Source of the DNA: a virus
Taxonomy: Duplodnaviria > Caudoviricetes
Length of the DNA stretch: 64,000 nt
Direction: 5' to 3' (one strand)
IMG/VR virus record: IMGVR_UViG_3300013383_000020
Coordinates: 32,001 to 96,000 of that record
Shown here piece after piece: positions 1-9,427 of the stretch. Below the pieces are notes generated by a model. It saw only the letters and a program-made list of their open reading frames with translations. It did no database searches and was not told the DNA's origin. The first letter of the stretch is position 1; each line of letters starts with the position of its first letter. Made by a program: the position numbers and the translations under genes.

Positions 1-263
1 TTATCTAATCGTCCATTGTTATACAGTTTTTCAACCATCTTACAAACATCAGTCTTAATAGTCTTCTTTGTACTCTCAATATACTGTGTTCCGATTTCCT
101 GCATATCAATCTTAAATCTGTCATCGATCGTATCCCAATGCAACCACATTGATACCTTATATTGATCTAATTCCTGTTCATGAATATATGTACATACAAC
201 ATCATATTTGCTATTTGGTAGTGGAATAGTAATAGTGTAACCTTCATTCTTATAATTAAGCAT
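1..263 (-). CDS. hypothetical protein, 3' end runs off window
   Basis: ATG at 263 with AAGGAG SD; open frame MLNYKNEGYTITIPLP... to window edge. Confidence 0.6.
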   Translation of the reverse strand, partial: MLNYKNEGYTITIPLPNSKYDVVCTYIHEQELDQYKVSMWLHWDTIDDRFKIDMQEIGTQYIESTKKTIKTDVCKMVEKLYNNGRLD

Positions 264-456
264 TCTTCATTCTCCTTTCTCTTGCCTCTGTATTTTCTTT
301 ACATCTTGCGTCAAATTTCCAATCTGAGATAACATTTTCAACAATGTGACCGTTTGCGTGATCTGTGTCTAAATCGTATTCGGTAATATATCCTCCATAT
401 GTGTTATGGTTTGTTTTTGTAATATTCTGCATAATATAATTCATGTAATTGTTCAT
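256..456 (-). CDS. hypothetical protein
   Basis: 66-aa ORF with upstream AAGGAG; overlaps next start. Confidence 0.55.
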   Translation of the reverse strand: MNNYMNYIMQNITKTNHNTYGGYITEYDLDTDHANGHIVENVISDWKFDARCKENTEARERRMKNA

Positions 457-560
457 ATAGTAATTTTTGTTCTCCTTTTTGTTTGTTAAAATTTTTATTC
501 ATAATTTTCAGCTCCTTTGAGTGCTGCGTTGATGGATACATATGTATATTCTCTTTTTTT

Positions 561-788
561 CTATGATTTATTACCATTTTTTATTTCTCCAAATGAGTTA
601 ACATTATAGACTTCTAGCATCTTAGCTATAGCCCATTCAATTTCTTGTTCATAGCCTTCTTTATTAAGAACATATATATTTGGAACATTTTGTGGTGGCT
701 TTTTTGGATCTGGCTGAACGCTGCCAACCTCTTTCTTAATTAAAAGTGGTTCTTTATCACCAATAGAAGAGGTGAGATACTGAATATG
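561..788 (-). pseudogene. orphan 3' remnant of a gene related to the 1813-2622 Rep-like protein
   Basis: 76 open codons without start or SD (HIQYLTSSIG...PQNVPNIYVLNKEG...); resembles ...VPTRNVYALD in the neighbouring protein. Confidence 0.45.
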
Positions 789-1811
789 TTAAAAATTTGA
801 AAATTGTCTAAAACACTCCCCTTTGTTTTTATACACATATGTCAAATAACCATTATTTTGTAATTCTGTAACACGTTTTCTGAATTCTTCAATATTTATA
901 ATTCCATGTTTATTCTGAGAATGAAATTGATAAAAATGCTCCATATTAATTTTTTCTCCAATCTGCAAATAATATTTTTGTGGTTCTTTCCAATATTCTT
1001 CAACTGGAATATATTTTGGGCTTATAAATATTTGCTCAACATCAAATGTTTCTGTACCAACTCGATTTACTGAATATTTTGGAGATTGTTTTGGAAGTGT
1101 AAAGGATGGTTTGTCTAAACAACGACAGTCAGAATTGTATTTTGGATCATATTGTGCAATATAATATAATTCATATATATTTGTATCAGCTTGTGTTTTC
1201 ATCGGATATAACTCTATTTTTGAAAAGTTACCATTTGTTCTTTCTCTCGCAGACTCACAAGCACGATCAAGAAGATGAAGATTACTTTTACCAATATAAA
1301 CGAGCTGACCATTATCATCATAGATAAAATAACATCCAAAATTTTCTTCTTTAGAAATTGTTGGTTTATCATAAAATGTAATATTCCATCTTGCCATTTT
1401 ATAAGTACCTTCCAATATCTTAAAATGATGTGGATAATAAATATCATCTTGTTTAGGCTTTTGAAGTAAATACTGCGAATTATATGATATACTCAATCCA
1501 AATGATTCAAACACCTCATCAAAAGAAATAATTGATGGATTATTTGTAAATTTTGCAATATTTTCATTGCCTTTATTAGAGATAGAAGATAAATCTTGAT
1601 ATTTCCCATTTTGTGATAATGTAATCCAATTATAATAATTGTTTGATAAATCAAGAATATTTTTTGTATCTTTTGGAAGATTCTCTATGTATGTAAATAT
1701 TTTTGATAAGTCTTTAATACTATCAATACAATCTTCAGAAATATCAATATTATTATTCTTAAATATTTTTAATAGATAATTGGCTAAATGCCTTCCACTT
1801 GTAAAATGCAT
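789..1811 (-). CDS. GIY-YIG nuclease-domain protein
   Basis: GCYFIY...VYIGKS...R...E...PKYN motif set in the central region. Confidence 0.65.
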   Translation of the reverse strand: MHFTSGRHLANYLLKIFKNNNIDISEDCIDSIKDLSKIFTYIENLPKDTKNILDLSNNYYNWITLSQNGKYQDLSSISNKGNENIAKFTNNPSIISFDEVFESFGLSISYNSQYLLQKPKQDDIYYPHHFKILEGTYKMARWNITFYDKPTISKEENFGCYFIYDDNGQLVYIGKSNLHLLDRACESARERTNGNFSKIELYPMKTQADTNIYELYYIAQYDPKYNSDCRCLDKPSFTLPKQSPKYSVNRVGTETFDVEQIFISPKYIPVEEYWKEPQKYYLQIGEKINMEHFYQFHSQNKHGIINIEEFRKRVTELQNNGYLTYVYKNKGECFRQFSNF

Positions 1812-1812
1812 T

Positions 1813-2622
1813 TTATTCTCCTTTCATTTTTGTTAGATATCTTATTTCGCCAGGTACATCCTTCTTGTTATATATTCTCTTTCCATATATTCTTTCTAAC
1901 TCGATTAGAACAGCATCACCTTCTAATTCACTTGGATCAAGAGCATATACATTTCTCGTGGGAACAAATATACCTTCTTCTTTCTTATTCTCCACAAACA
2001 TATCTCTTCTTATATAAATCAATTTACAAGATTCTAATATAGATAAACCATTTTCCACAGTTGGAATAGAAGTATCTAATCCTTTTGCAATTTGTGATTT
2101 GGATGGAAATGAGATTTTAGCAGGCGCAATATCTCCTGGGTAGTCCATAATATATTGCTTTATATAGAGATAAATCCCAAAAAGAATTGATTTATTAATC
2201 TTAGATGATATAGAACAGATTTTTTCATATTCAGAAATGGTTATCTGTACAAAATTATCTTCTGTAAAAAAGATATTATTTTCATTAGATAGCTGTAAGT
2301 AAAATAAATCATTTGGCTTAACTACAAATATATCTACATTACAACTTGCATATCCTTTATTAATAATTTCTGTTTTAATGATTTCTCGAAAATCAGAATA
2401 TATGGATTTATTATTTGTTTTTATAGAATATCCAATTTCCTGTAACAAATCATTAAGTGTGAGAGTAACTTGTCCAAAAGTTTGTACATGCTTTCTTAGA
2501 TACAATATGATGAGATAGTATTTTAAACCTGAAATGCCTTTGTGATTTTTGATTTCTTTTTTTGAAAATCCAACTGATGTTATTTTTTTATCTTTTTCGG
2601 ATAGATAAATATAGTTGTCGAT
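1813..2622 (-). CDS. putative winged-helix replication-initiator-like protein (probable ATC start)
   Basis: Frame open to ATC at 2622, 9 nt after AAGGAG; FPSKSQIAKGLDTSIPTVENGLSIL HTH typical of phage replisome organisers. Confidence 0.5.
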   Translation of the reverse strand: MDNYIYLSEKDKKITSVGFSKKEIKNHKGISGLKYYLIILYLRKHVQTFGQVTLTLNDLLQEIGYSIKTNNKSIYSDFREIIKTEIINKGYASCNVDIFVVKPNDLFYLQLSNENNIFFTEDNFVQITISEYEKICSISSKINKSILFGIYLYIKQYIMDYPGDIAPAKISFPSKSQIAKGLDTSIPTVENGLSILESCKLIYIRRDMFVENKKEEGIFVPTRNVYALDPSELEGDAVLIELERIYGKRIYNKKDVPGEIRYLTKMKGE

Positions 2623-2647
2623 TTTTAATCGCTCCTTTCATAAAAAA

Positions 2648-3361
2648 TTATTCCCAAAACTTTATTCTCTGTTGTATATTAATTGTTTTCTTGTTTGTAA
2701 TTCTTTTTATAGTATTATCATTGCTATGAAGAGCTTCTGGTGAATAACCTGTAGTATAAAGTCTAATGTTTTTACCAAGTGAATAGAAAATAGATTCGTT
2801 ATTTTTATATTCAATTCGTGTGCCAATAACCTTTTTATCTTTTGAATTAGTGGTATAAGAAATTTCACCTTTTAATTCAGGGAAAAATTGTTTTAAAAAT
2901 AATAGATACTCTAATAATGGAGTAATTCCATTTGTAAGTGTTGTGCCAATAATTCCACTTTTAATATCTTTTAACAAAGTATCATTAAATACAATATAAT
3001 TTGATTGCTGTAAAATTTCTTCAATTCTGTTTACGCTTATATTAAGTCCATATGTATTTTCTTTTTCGAGTTTTGATGGTGTCATATTATATCCACACCC
3101 GTAAGCGTGAAATTTTTTAATATAAAAATCTTCAACAATCAGTAGCAAGTTTAAATCATTTATTGTTTCCAATATCTCAAACGAAAAATTTTCTTTTCCA
3201 TATCTATTAAAATCTTCTTGCAAATACTGTGAGTGATGGATGTTCTTTTCTAAATCTGAAAAATGTTTCTTTATTCGGGCTTCAATATTACGACTTTGAC
3301 CAATATAACATTTATCATTGATTAAATTTGTTATTTTATAAATTCCTTGTGTTTTCTGCAT
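2648..3361 (-). CDS. GIY-YIG homing endonuclease
   Basis: N-terminal GIYKITNLIN-DKCYIGQS...R...E...GYN. Confidence 0.85.
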   Translation of the reverse strand: MQKTQGIYKITNLINDKCYIGQSRNIEARIKKHFSDLEKNIHHSQYLQEDFNRYGKENFSFEILETINDLNLLLIVEDFYIKKFHAYGCGYNMTPSKLEKENTYGLNISVNRIEEILQQSNYIVFNDTLLKDIKSGIIGTTLTNGITPLLEYLLFLKQFFPELKGEISYTTNSKDKKVIGTRIEYKNNESIFYSLGKNIRLYTTGYSPEALHSNDNTIKRITNKKTINIQQRIKFWE

Positions 3362-3396
3362 TGTATTCTCCTTTATTATTTTACTAAAAAATTCTA

Positions 3397-3490
3397 TGTG
3401 AAAATTTTCCCATTAATTTAACCTGCCCCCATTAAGTTTGTGTGAAAATTTTCCCAAAGGGATACTTAATTCTGTGTGAAAATTTTCCCA
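3397..3490. repeat. three direct 16-bp repeats TGTGAAAATTTTCCCA (iteron-like)
   Basis: Exact copies at 3397, 3441 and 3475, followed by an AT-rich tract. Confidence 0.85.
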
Positions 3491-3688
3491 AAAAGTTGGT
3501 ATATAGTATAAAAGCATAATTAATAATATAAAAAAGCATAAATATATAAAAAAGAATAAAAACTTCGTAAATGGTCTAGCGACCATTTACTCCGTAAAAA
3601 ATCTTATTAACATTTATTGGTTGGATTTAGGTACATGATGCTCTGATTTGAATTTGAATTTGAGTACATGTGAGATATACCTATTTTA

Positions 3689-4066
3689 TTATTCTCCATC
3701 TGAATTATCATTCTCTTCCAAATTAATATATTTCCCAAACATATCCTTTACAAAGAATACCGGCATCTTATCATTGTATTTTTCATATAATTCTGTTCCA
3801 GTCATAACAGAATAGAGTATTCTTCTACTATATAACTCTGATCTTACATAGTCTTTTACAATACTATCTTTTAATTTCTCACCTATCTTTCCACAAATAG
3901 TACAATAACTGCATAAATGTGTTTGAATACGATTCTTACCTGCAAATGATATAGGATATTGAATTAAACATTCTTTATACTGATGTTTGTGTTTTGCTTT
4001 ACGGTTACTTTTCGAAATGTTGCTTTCTGTTGATTTTTTATATTTTGGAATTTCTTGCTCATTCAT
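3689..4066 (-). CDS. hypothetical protein with CxxC
   Basis: 125-aa ORF with SD; HKH...YCTICG. Confidence 0.7.
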   Translation of the reverse strand: MNEQEIPKYKKSTESNISKSNRKAKHKHQYKECLIQYPISFAGKNRIQTHLCSYCTICGKIGEKLKDSIVKDYVRSELYSRRILYSVMTGTELYEKYNDKMPVFFVKDMFGKYINLEENDNSDGE

Positions 4067-4255
4067 ATATTAATTCTCCTTTTTATTTCTGATATGGTCT
4101 GTATACAGTTTTTTCATACCCCTATCTTTCGGTTAAATTTGAGTTTTGGAGAGTAAATTTTAATTGTAATGCATAATGTGATAATTTATATGCCTGTGAT
4201 ATTAAAGTGGCTAATTTTTCTCTCAGCGTTAATTTAAATTAAAAGATGAGATATA

Positions 4256-5056
4256 CTATGATGCTTCATCAAATATTGTTGATATTTTAATATTGGTACT
4301 GTATGTATCTGACAAATTGTATTTATTGAGTAAATTATTTACTACAGATTCGAAAAGTTTGCGTAGTGTGAGATTATGTTCTATTACATCTAATGTATAA
4401 GCGGATTCAAGTTTATTATTATAACAGTAGTCATCTATTTCCTGATTGAGGTCTATATCAGGATATGTATTTTGTAATTCTCTGTATAAATTCTTATATA
4501 ATTCTGTGTTAGATATTTGAAAATAGTCTGTTAATAATTGATATTTTGGATACATTTTGGTTGACCAATAAGACCATTTCTTTTTAGGAAGTTTTGATTG
4601 AACTGATTGAACATCTTTTAATGAATTTTCCAGTCTATCTAATCGCTCATTTGTAGATTTTTGAATTTCAAGCATAGTATCAGAGATAGTTTTCATAGTA
4701 AATATTAGAGAATTTATTGTATTTCCTTCCTCTAATTCGTGGAATCTTGTAACATATCTTGCTGTAAATTCTGTGCCTTTAATACCTGTAAGTTTGTTTG
4801 CTATAAATTCGCATCCTTTGTGAGTAACATTGTAACAAGGTCTGATTTCACCTTTACTGTCTATATAAGTGCTATCAATAAAGAAATCAACGGGTGCAAT
4901 TTTGCACTGGTTAGATTTTTCGTTATTAATCTTATCAATCTGATTAAGATATCTGCGAATGTCTCTTAAAAGAAATCTGTGTTCTTTATTTATCATTTGA
5001 GCGACTTCCATAGATGTAATTGTTTCTGTGTTTGTTGTAATAATTGTGTTGTTCAT
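4256..5056 (-). CDS. Rha family phage regulatory protein
   Basis: ITSMEVAQMINKEH..LLRDIR...FFIDSTY...RPCY.VT.KG..F...KLTG.KG..F...YV..F. Confidence 0.85.
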   Translation of the reverse strand: MNNTIITTNTETITSMEVAQMINKEHRFLLRDIRRYLNQIDKINNEKSNQCKIAPVDFFIDSTYIDSKGEIRPCYNVTHKGCEFIANKLTGIKGTEFTARYVTRFHELEEGNTINSLIFTMKTISDTMLEIQKSTNERLDRLENSLKDVQSVQSKLPKKKWSYWSTKMYPKYQLLTDYFQISNTELYKNLYRELQNTYPDIDLNQEIDDYCYNNKLESAYTLDVIEHNLTLRKLFESVVNNLLNKYNLSDTYSTNIKISTIFDEAS

Positions 5057-5644
5057 TTGTAAATCCTCCTTAAGTTATTTTTATAAGTTTCTGGTTATAT
5101 ATTCTCTGTTTGATTTTATTTTTGACATAAAAATAAGACAGTGTGATTACTGCCTTGCTGATTTTATGTGTAGTTTTATGGTAGCCCCTATATTAGGGTT
5201 ATATTCACTCTGAGAGAGAAATAAGAGAGTTTTATGTTTAGGCAAGGAATTTTATCATTGGATGTATTTTGAGGTGAATTTGGGTCGATTTCGTGAGATT
5301 TAAGCTAGAGATTGGGGTATGAGATAGGCTGTGTGGAGAGATTAGTATGGATAACATAATTTGTAATTTTTGCTGGAAAAATGCTTATCGGTAAAAGTGC
5401 CTATAAATAAGGATAATTTTGGGATTATGAGTGGGTTTTTGGTGAGATTGGAGTTTGGTTTTTGGGCTGTGAAGTGGGTGAAATGCTTGATTTTAGTGGG
5501 TTTTGACGATATGGGGTACGATATGAGATTTAGACGGTGAAATTTGGAATTTTGCTTGATTTTAGTGGGATTTCTGATGATTAGAAGAGGTAGAATTTTA
5601 GAGTTGGTGTATAGATGAAGCTGCTATAGCCGGAATTAAAAAAT

Positions 5645-5789
5645 AGAATATTCGTTCTGGTTTTTGCAGCCCCCTATATTTAGAAAACCACGGTATTTCT
5701 ACATTTTTCCGTAGGATTTCAGATAGAACAAACGTTCGATAAAATCAAATCTGGACTATCAGAGCAGAACACACTCGAACGTATGTTTG
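5645..5789. promoter_or_regulatory. LexA/DinR (Cheo) SOS boxes
   Basis: AGAACAAACGTTCG 5725-5738, CGAACGTATGTTTG 5776-5789, weaker AGAATATTCGTTCT 5645-5658; match Firmicutes GAAC-N4-GTTC. Confidence 0.7.
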
Positions 5790-5845
5790 TATTCTATCTG
5801 ATATGATCCGTTATCGTATTTTTTAAAAAATATTAAAACAACTAC

Positions 5846-5873
5846 TTGACAACTATTAAAAAGTAGTTATAAT
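5846..5873 (+). promoter_or_regulatory. sigmaA promoter
   Basis: TTGACA-16-TATAAT. Confidence 0.75.
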
Positions 5874-5968
5874 GTAGCTATAAACAAAAACAAGTAACCA
5901 CATAAGGAGGTAGCAGCGCACACAAAAAACAATAAAATAAATAATTTTCAAAAAAATAAAATAAGTAG

Positions 5969-5997
5969 TTGACAACTACTAAAAACTATGCTAACAT
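5969..5997 (+). promoter_or_regulatory. sigmaA promoter
   Basis: TTGACA-17-TAACAT with TG extension and A-tract UP element. Confidence 0.7.
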
Positions 5998-6048
5998 ATG
6001 AACCATAGAAACAACCAAACAAAAACAACCAATCAGGAGGACAAAACA

Positions 6049-6427
6049 ATGTTAAAAAATTCAAAATTAGAAAACCTTTTCAAATTATCATCAAAAATAA
6101 CCGTCATAGTACCAGCTACAAAAAATATCAATGAGGAGATCGACAACACTCCATATGTTGACCGTGTAGCATCCCTTTTATCTGATCTTTTCGGAGGTGC
6201 AACCGCAACAACAACACTCGGTTACCGCAACAACAACACTCGGTTACTGGAAAAGCCCTACAATGGGATTAATCAAAGAAAAAAGTACAACAGTATTCGT
6301 ATATTGCAACCAATACGATCTGGAAGCTGGAGTTGATCAAGTAATTGATTTATGTACACAGCTTAAAGAAGAACTCACACAGGACGCTATAGCATTAGAG
6401 ATCAACGGCGAAATGTATTTTATCTAA
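6049..6427 (+). pseudogene. hypothetical protein (possibly DUF3574-like) frameshifted by a 22-bp tandem duplication
   Basis: GGAGG SD and ATG 6049; ACCGCAACAACAACACTCGGTT x2 at 6202-6245; removing one copy restores ...FGGATATTTLGYWKSP...GEMYFI. Confidence 0.8.
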
Positions 6428-6515
6428 TAAAAAATATCTGGACTGATACGGCAGCGGGTAGGGTTCAACGCCCTACACCAGATTTTCTAAACTATAAAAA
6501 GTTTAGTAAAAACTA

Positions 6516-6544
6516 TTGACACACTACATAAAAAGTAGTAACAT
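6516..6544 (+). promoter_or_regulatory. sigmaA promoter of RHH gene
   Basis: TTGACA-17-TAACAT. Confidence 0.65.
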
Positions 6545-6575
6545 GATAGTATCATTTAAGGAAGGAGTGATCAAT

Positions 6576-6761
6576 ATAGCAGACAAAAAACAACTAAATA
6601 CACCTATAACAGCGGACTTGCTGGATCAGTTTAGGGATGCTTGTAATGATTACAACCTTAAAATGAATGCTGTAATTGAGGCTCTTTTATCTGATTTTGT
6701 CAATGGTGATTATGATATTATTATCAACCGTAAGGATGGTATAAAGATCACCAGAAAATAA
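6576..6761 (+). CDS. ribbon-helix-helix DNA-binding protein (probable ATA start)
   Basis: AAGGAG SD before ATA; KKQLNTPITADLLDQFRDAC...MNAVIEALLSDFV RHH pattern. Confidence 0.7.
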   Translation: MADKKQLNTPITADLLDQFRDACNDYNLKMNAVIEALLSDFVNGDYDIIINRKDGIKITRK

Positions 6762-6797
6762 TTACTATTAAAAACTATAAAAAAATAGTAAAAACTA

Positions 6798-6826
6798 TTG
6801 ACAAGTAATAGCAGCTATGTTATAGT
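6798..6826 (+). promoter_or_regulatory. sigmaA promoter of long leader/early operon
   Basis: TTGACA-17-TATAGT with TG extension. Confidence 0.75.
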
Positions 6827-6917
6827 ATCATTACAGGGTAACAAAAAACCCTGTACACCTTAAAAGATAATACAGGGTTAGAAAGATATACAATGTATAC
6901 CTATCCTCAACAAATAG

Positions 6918-6947
6918 ATTATACATCATCTTTCTATAAGCTGTCAA
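6918..6947 (-). promoter_or_regulatory. antisense sigmaA promoter
   Basis: TTGACA-18-TATAAT on minus strand, facing hairpin plus A-tract at 6843-6880. Confidence 0.6.
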
Positions 6948-6994
6948 GTCTGGCAGTAAAAAATCCCTTATTATATAAAGTTTTACACAGTCTT

Positions 6995-7227
6995 TGAGGG
7001 CTACCCGTTTATTAGGCATTAAGTGAATATACCAGCTTAGATCTTTTAAGTTGTGAGGGCTACCTAATAAAAAGGTTATAAGTGAATAAACAAGACTATA
7101 GCGGATCAAGGCTCTAAACCGCTGAATAATTAAAAATGAGATATCCACCTGAACCTTGACAAACAAATATAAGTAGTAAGTAAGAAGTATTCTTTGAGGG
7201 CTACCGGCTACAATTTTGAGGGCTACC
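6995..7227 (+). repeat. four copies of TGAGGGCTACC
   Basis: Exact copies at 6995, 7054, 7195 and 7217. Confidence 0.85.
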
Positions 7228-7572
7228 AGTTTACCCATCACAGGGTATAGGGTTATAAGTTGCATAACAAATTGTTAGGGTAATAAGTGATCTAACAGGA
7301 AGAAAATGAACACAAAAGTATTTCATACAGACAGGCTTCCAAATAGGAAGTACAGTTATAAGCATAAAATAACTTTATCAAAATAATGCTTGCGGATGTA
7401 CACGCAACCCAGCTTTCACGGCTAACAGAACCGCTGGTTTCCTGTTTTAAGGATGTAAAAAAGTAATGTACATTGCACTATGATAGATAGCTCTATAGAG
7501 TAGGTGCATAGTAAAAAATAACTCTTACATAAAAGACGGAATAACAAAAGTATATTTCAGGAGGTGGCAGCC

Positions 7573-7683
7573 ATGCCATACAACGAAATAAAAGAATCTG
7601 AAAACGGTTTCGGTTTTTACTTTGACGAGTGCGAAATCGAATTTGTTTCAGATTCTGAATACTTTGAATCCCTTGAGGATTAA
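7573..7683 (+). CDS. small acidic protein (36 aa)
   Basis: GGAGGTG SD; MPYNEIKESENGFGFYFDECEIEFVSDSEYFESLED. Confidence 0.7.
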   Translation: MPYNEIKESENGFGFYFDECEIEFVSDSEYFESLED

Positions 7684-7849
7684 ACAATTATAACATAGGT
7701 AATAAATAAAAGCAAGGACAGAACGCAATCAATAATAGATCTGGCTTGCTTATTTTATTGCTTATAAGATGCCTATAATTTGTAGGCTCTATGAATTGTA
7801 GGCATAAATAAGCAATAAAAAGAGAATAAAAAGAAAGAAGGTTGATGAC

Positions 7850-7957
7850 ATGAAAAAGGTAATAATCAAGTTAAACGGAGTTTACATCGGATCTACAGAG
7901 ATGACAAAAGACGAGATCAGATCCGCTGAATATGCTGGATTTATAATTTTAGCATAA
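7850..7957 (+). CDS. small hypothetical protein (35 aa)
   Basis: AAGG SD; MKKVIIKLNGVYIGSTEMTKDEIRSAEYAGFIILA. Confidence 0.6.
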   Translation: MKKVIIKLNGVYIGSTEMTKDEIRSAEYAGFIILA

Positions 7958-7975
7958 GCAAAGGAGGCAGCAAAA

Positions 7976-8284
7976 ATGGCATATAACAGTTATAACAATT
8001 CAAGCAACGCAACGATTGAATTATATACCCTTGAGGATGCAAGGGAGATCTTAAAAAAAGAAGCAAGACAGAAACGACTTGCAAAGCAGAGAAGAGAAGC
8101 AAGGATCAAAGCTAAACGCAAAGCAAAATTTCTTTACTATCTCAAACAAAAAGCGTTAGGAGCTGGATTGATCGGGTTATCAATTTTAACCCCGATTATT
8201 TTAGACGGAGATGCAACCGCAAGTTTGTTTCTATTTCCTTTAGGAGTTTATACTCTTTTTACAAGAGAGAAGGTGTTATATTGA
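7976..8284 (+). CDS. hypothetical membrane protein
   Basis: AGGAGG SD; basic coiled coil followed by two hydrophobic segments. Confidence 0.75.
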   Translation: MAYNSYNNSSNATIELYTLEDAREILKKEARQKRLAKQRREARIKAKRKAKFLYYLKQKALGAGLIGLSILTPIILDGDATASLFLFPLGVYTLFTREKVLY

Positions 8285-8473
8285 TTTTAATAGCAGAATT
8301 GCACAACAGGAAAAGGCTAATACTTACATATAACGCAGAAAAAGAAGCAGATCAAGCTGGAATGTCGGTTGATGAATTTATCAAAGAGATTTTGAAAATC
8401 AATCCGCAATTTTCCAGAGTGTATGCAAAATAACAATAAATTCGCACTTCCTTGGATTGGAGGCAAGAGAAAA

Positions 8474-8695
8474 ATGAGTAAAAGCAATTATGAAAAATAT
8501 GCTGAAATAAAACAGCAGGAATTATTACATAAAGAAAGGAGTCTGCAACAGGCAATTAGTTGTCTACGGGATAGACGAAAGTTCGCATCATTACAATGTA
8601 TTGACAGTGCAATAGATTTTGTTGCCGACTTATACGATTTATCTATTGATGAAGTGAAACGAGCAATGGATGGAGAAGAATATTGGTGTATATAA
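8474..8695 (+). CDS. hypothetical protein
   Basis: GGAGG SD before ATG 8474. Confidence 0.7.
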   Translation: MSKSNYEKYAEIKQQELLHKERSLQQAISCLRDRRKFASLQCIDSAIDFVADLYDLSIDEVKRAMDGEEYWCI

Positions 8696-8837
8696 AACTA
8701 AGATTTCTTGGGAAGAATGGAGGTTGATTTAATGTTAAATGCAAAGGACTCACAGATTAAACTTGAAAAATATTATGCAGATTGTGTAAAATTTTGGATA
8801 AGACAAAACGGAATTAATGAAAGAGAGGTTGATTAGT

Positions 8838-9419
8838 ATGATGAAATACGAAATAGAAGAACCAAAAGGATTTGGTAGTACATGGGTAAATGTAATAGGC
8901 AAAAATGCAAAACAGGAAACAATGGTAATTGAAATTGTGCATTGCGAAAATCCAGGTGGAAACAATTCACTCCCTTATCTGTGGCACAAAAAAGGCTGGA
9001 CAGATAAGGTAATGGAAACTTATATTGGTTGTCATACTTATGTACATGATTCAGAAAATGGCTGTTATGGTGGATACAATGTAACAGAAAAATTTGATGG
9101 AAAGCGAAATGTGATTAACTTTGATTGGCTACTTGAGGACACAGAGGAAAACAGAAAGAAAATTATTGAAGAATGTATTAGATTATTTGAATCTGCTACA
9201 AGTAAAAGTGCAACAGAAAAGAAACTTGAACATGTAATGGAAGTGGCAAAGGAGAGAGGTCTTGAAGTTGTATTTGAATTGCCTGAAGGTTGGAAAAAGA
9301 ATCCGCTTATGACAGATCCTTGGGGAGCTGTAACCATTGACAATGGAAAGCCAGTTTTCATTAAAGTTGGAGATAGGCATAAGAAAAATCCAGAGTATAA
9401 GAGAATGTTATTAATTTAG
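8838..9419 (+). CDS. hypothetical protein
   Basis: GAGG SD before ATG 8838; long ORF. Confidence 0.75.
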   Translation: MMKYEIEEPKGFGSTWVNVIGKNAKQETMVIEIVHCENPGGNNSLPYLWHKKGWTDKVMETYIGCHTYVHDSENGCYGGYNVTEKFDGKRNVINFDWLLEDTEENRKKIIEECIRLFESATSKSATEKKLEHVMEVAKERGLEVVFELPEGWKKNPLMTDPWGAVTIDNGKPVFIKVGDRHKKNPEYKRMLLI

Positions 9420-9427
9420 GAAGGAGC

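Noticed and set aside
6995-7290. CRISPR or TIGR-type array
   Set aside because: Repeats are only 11 bp with irregular spacing (59, 141 and 22 bp) and no cas or tas gene is in the window.
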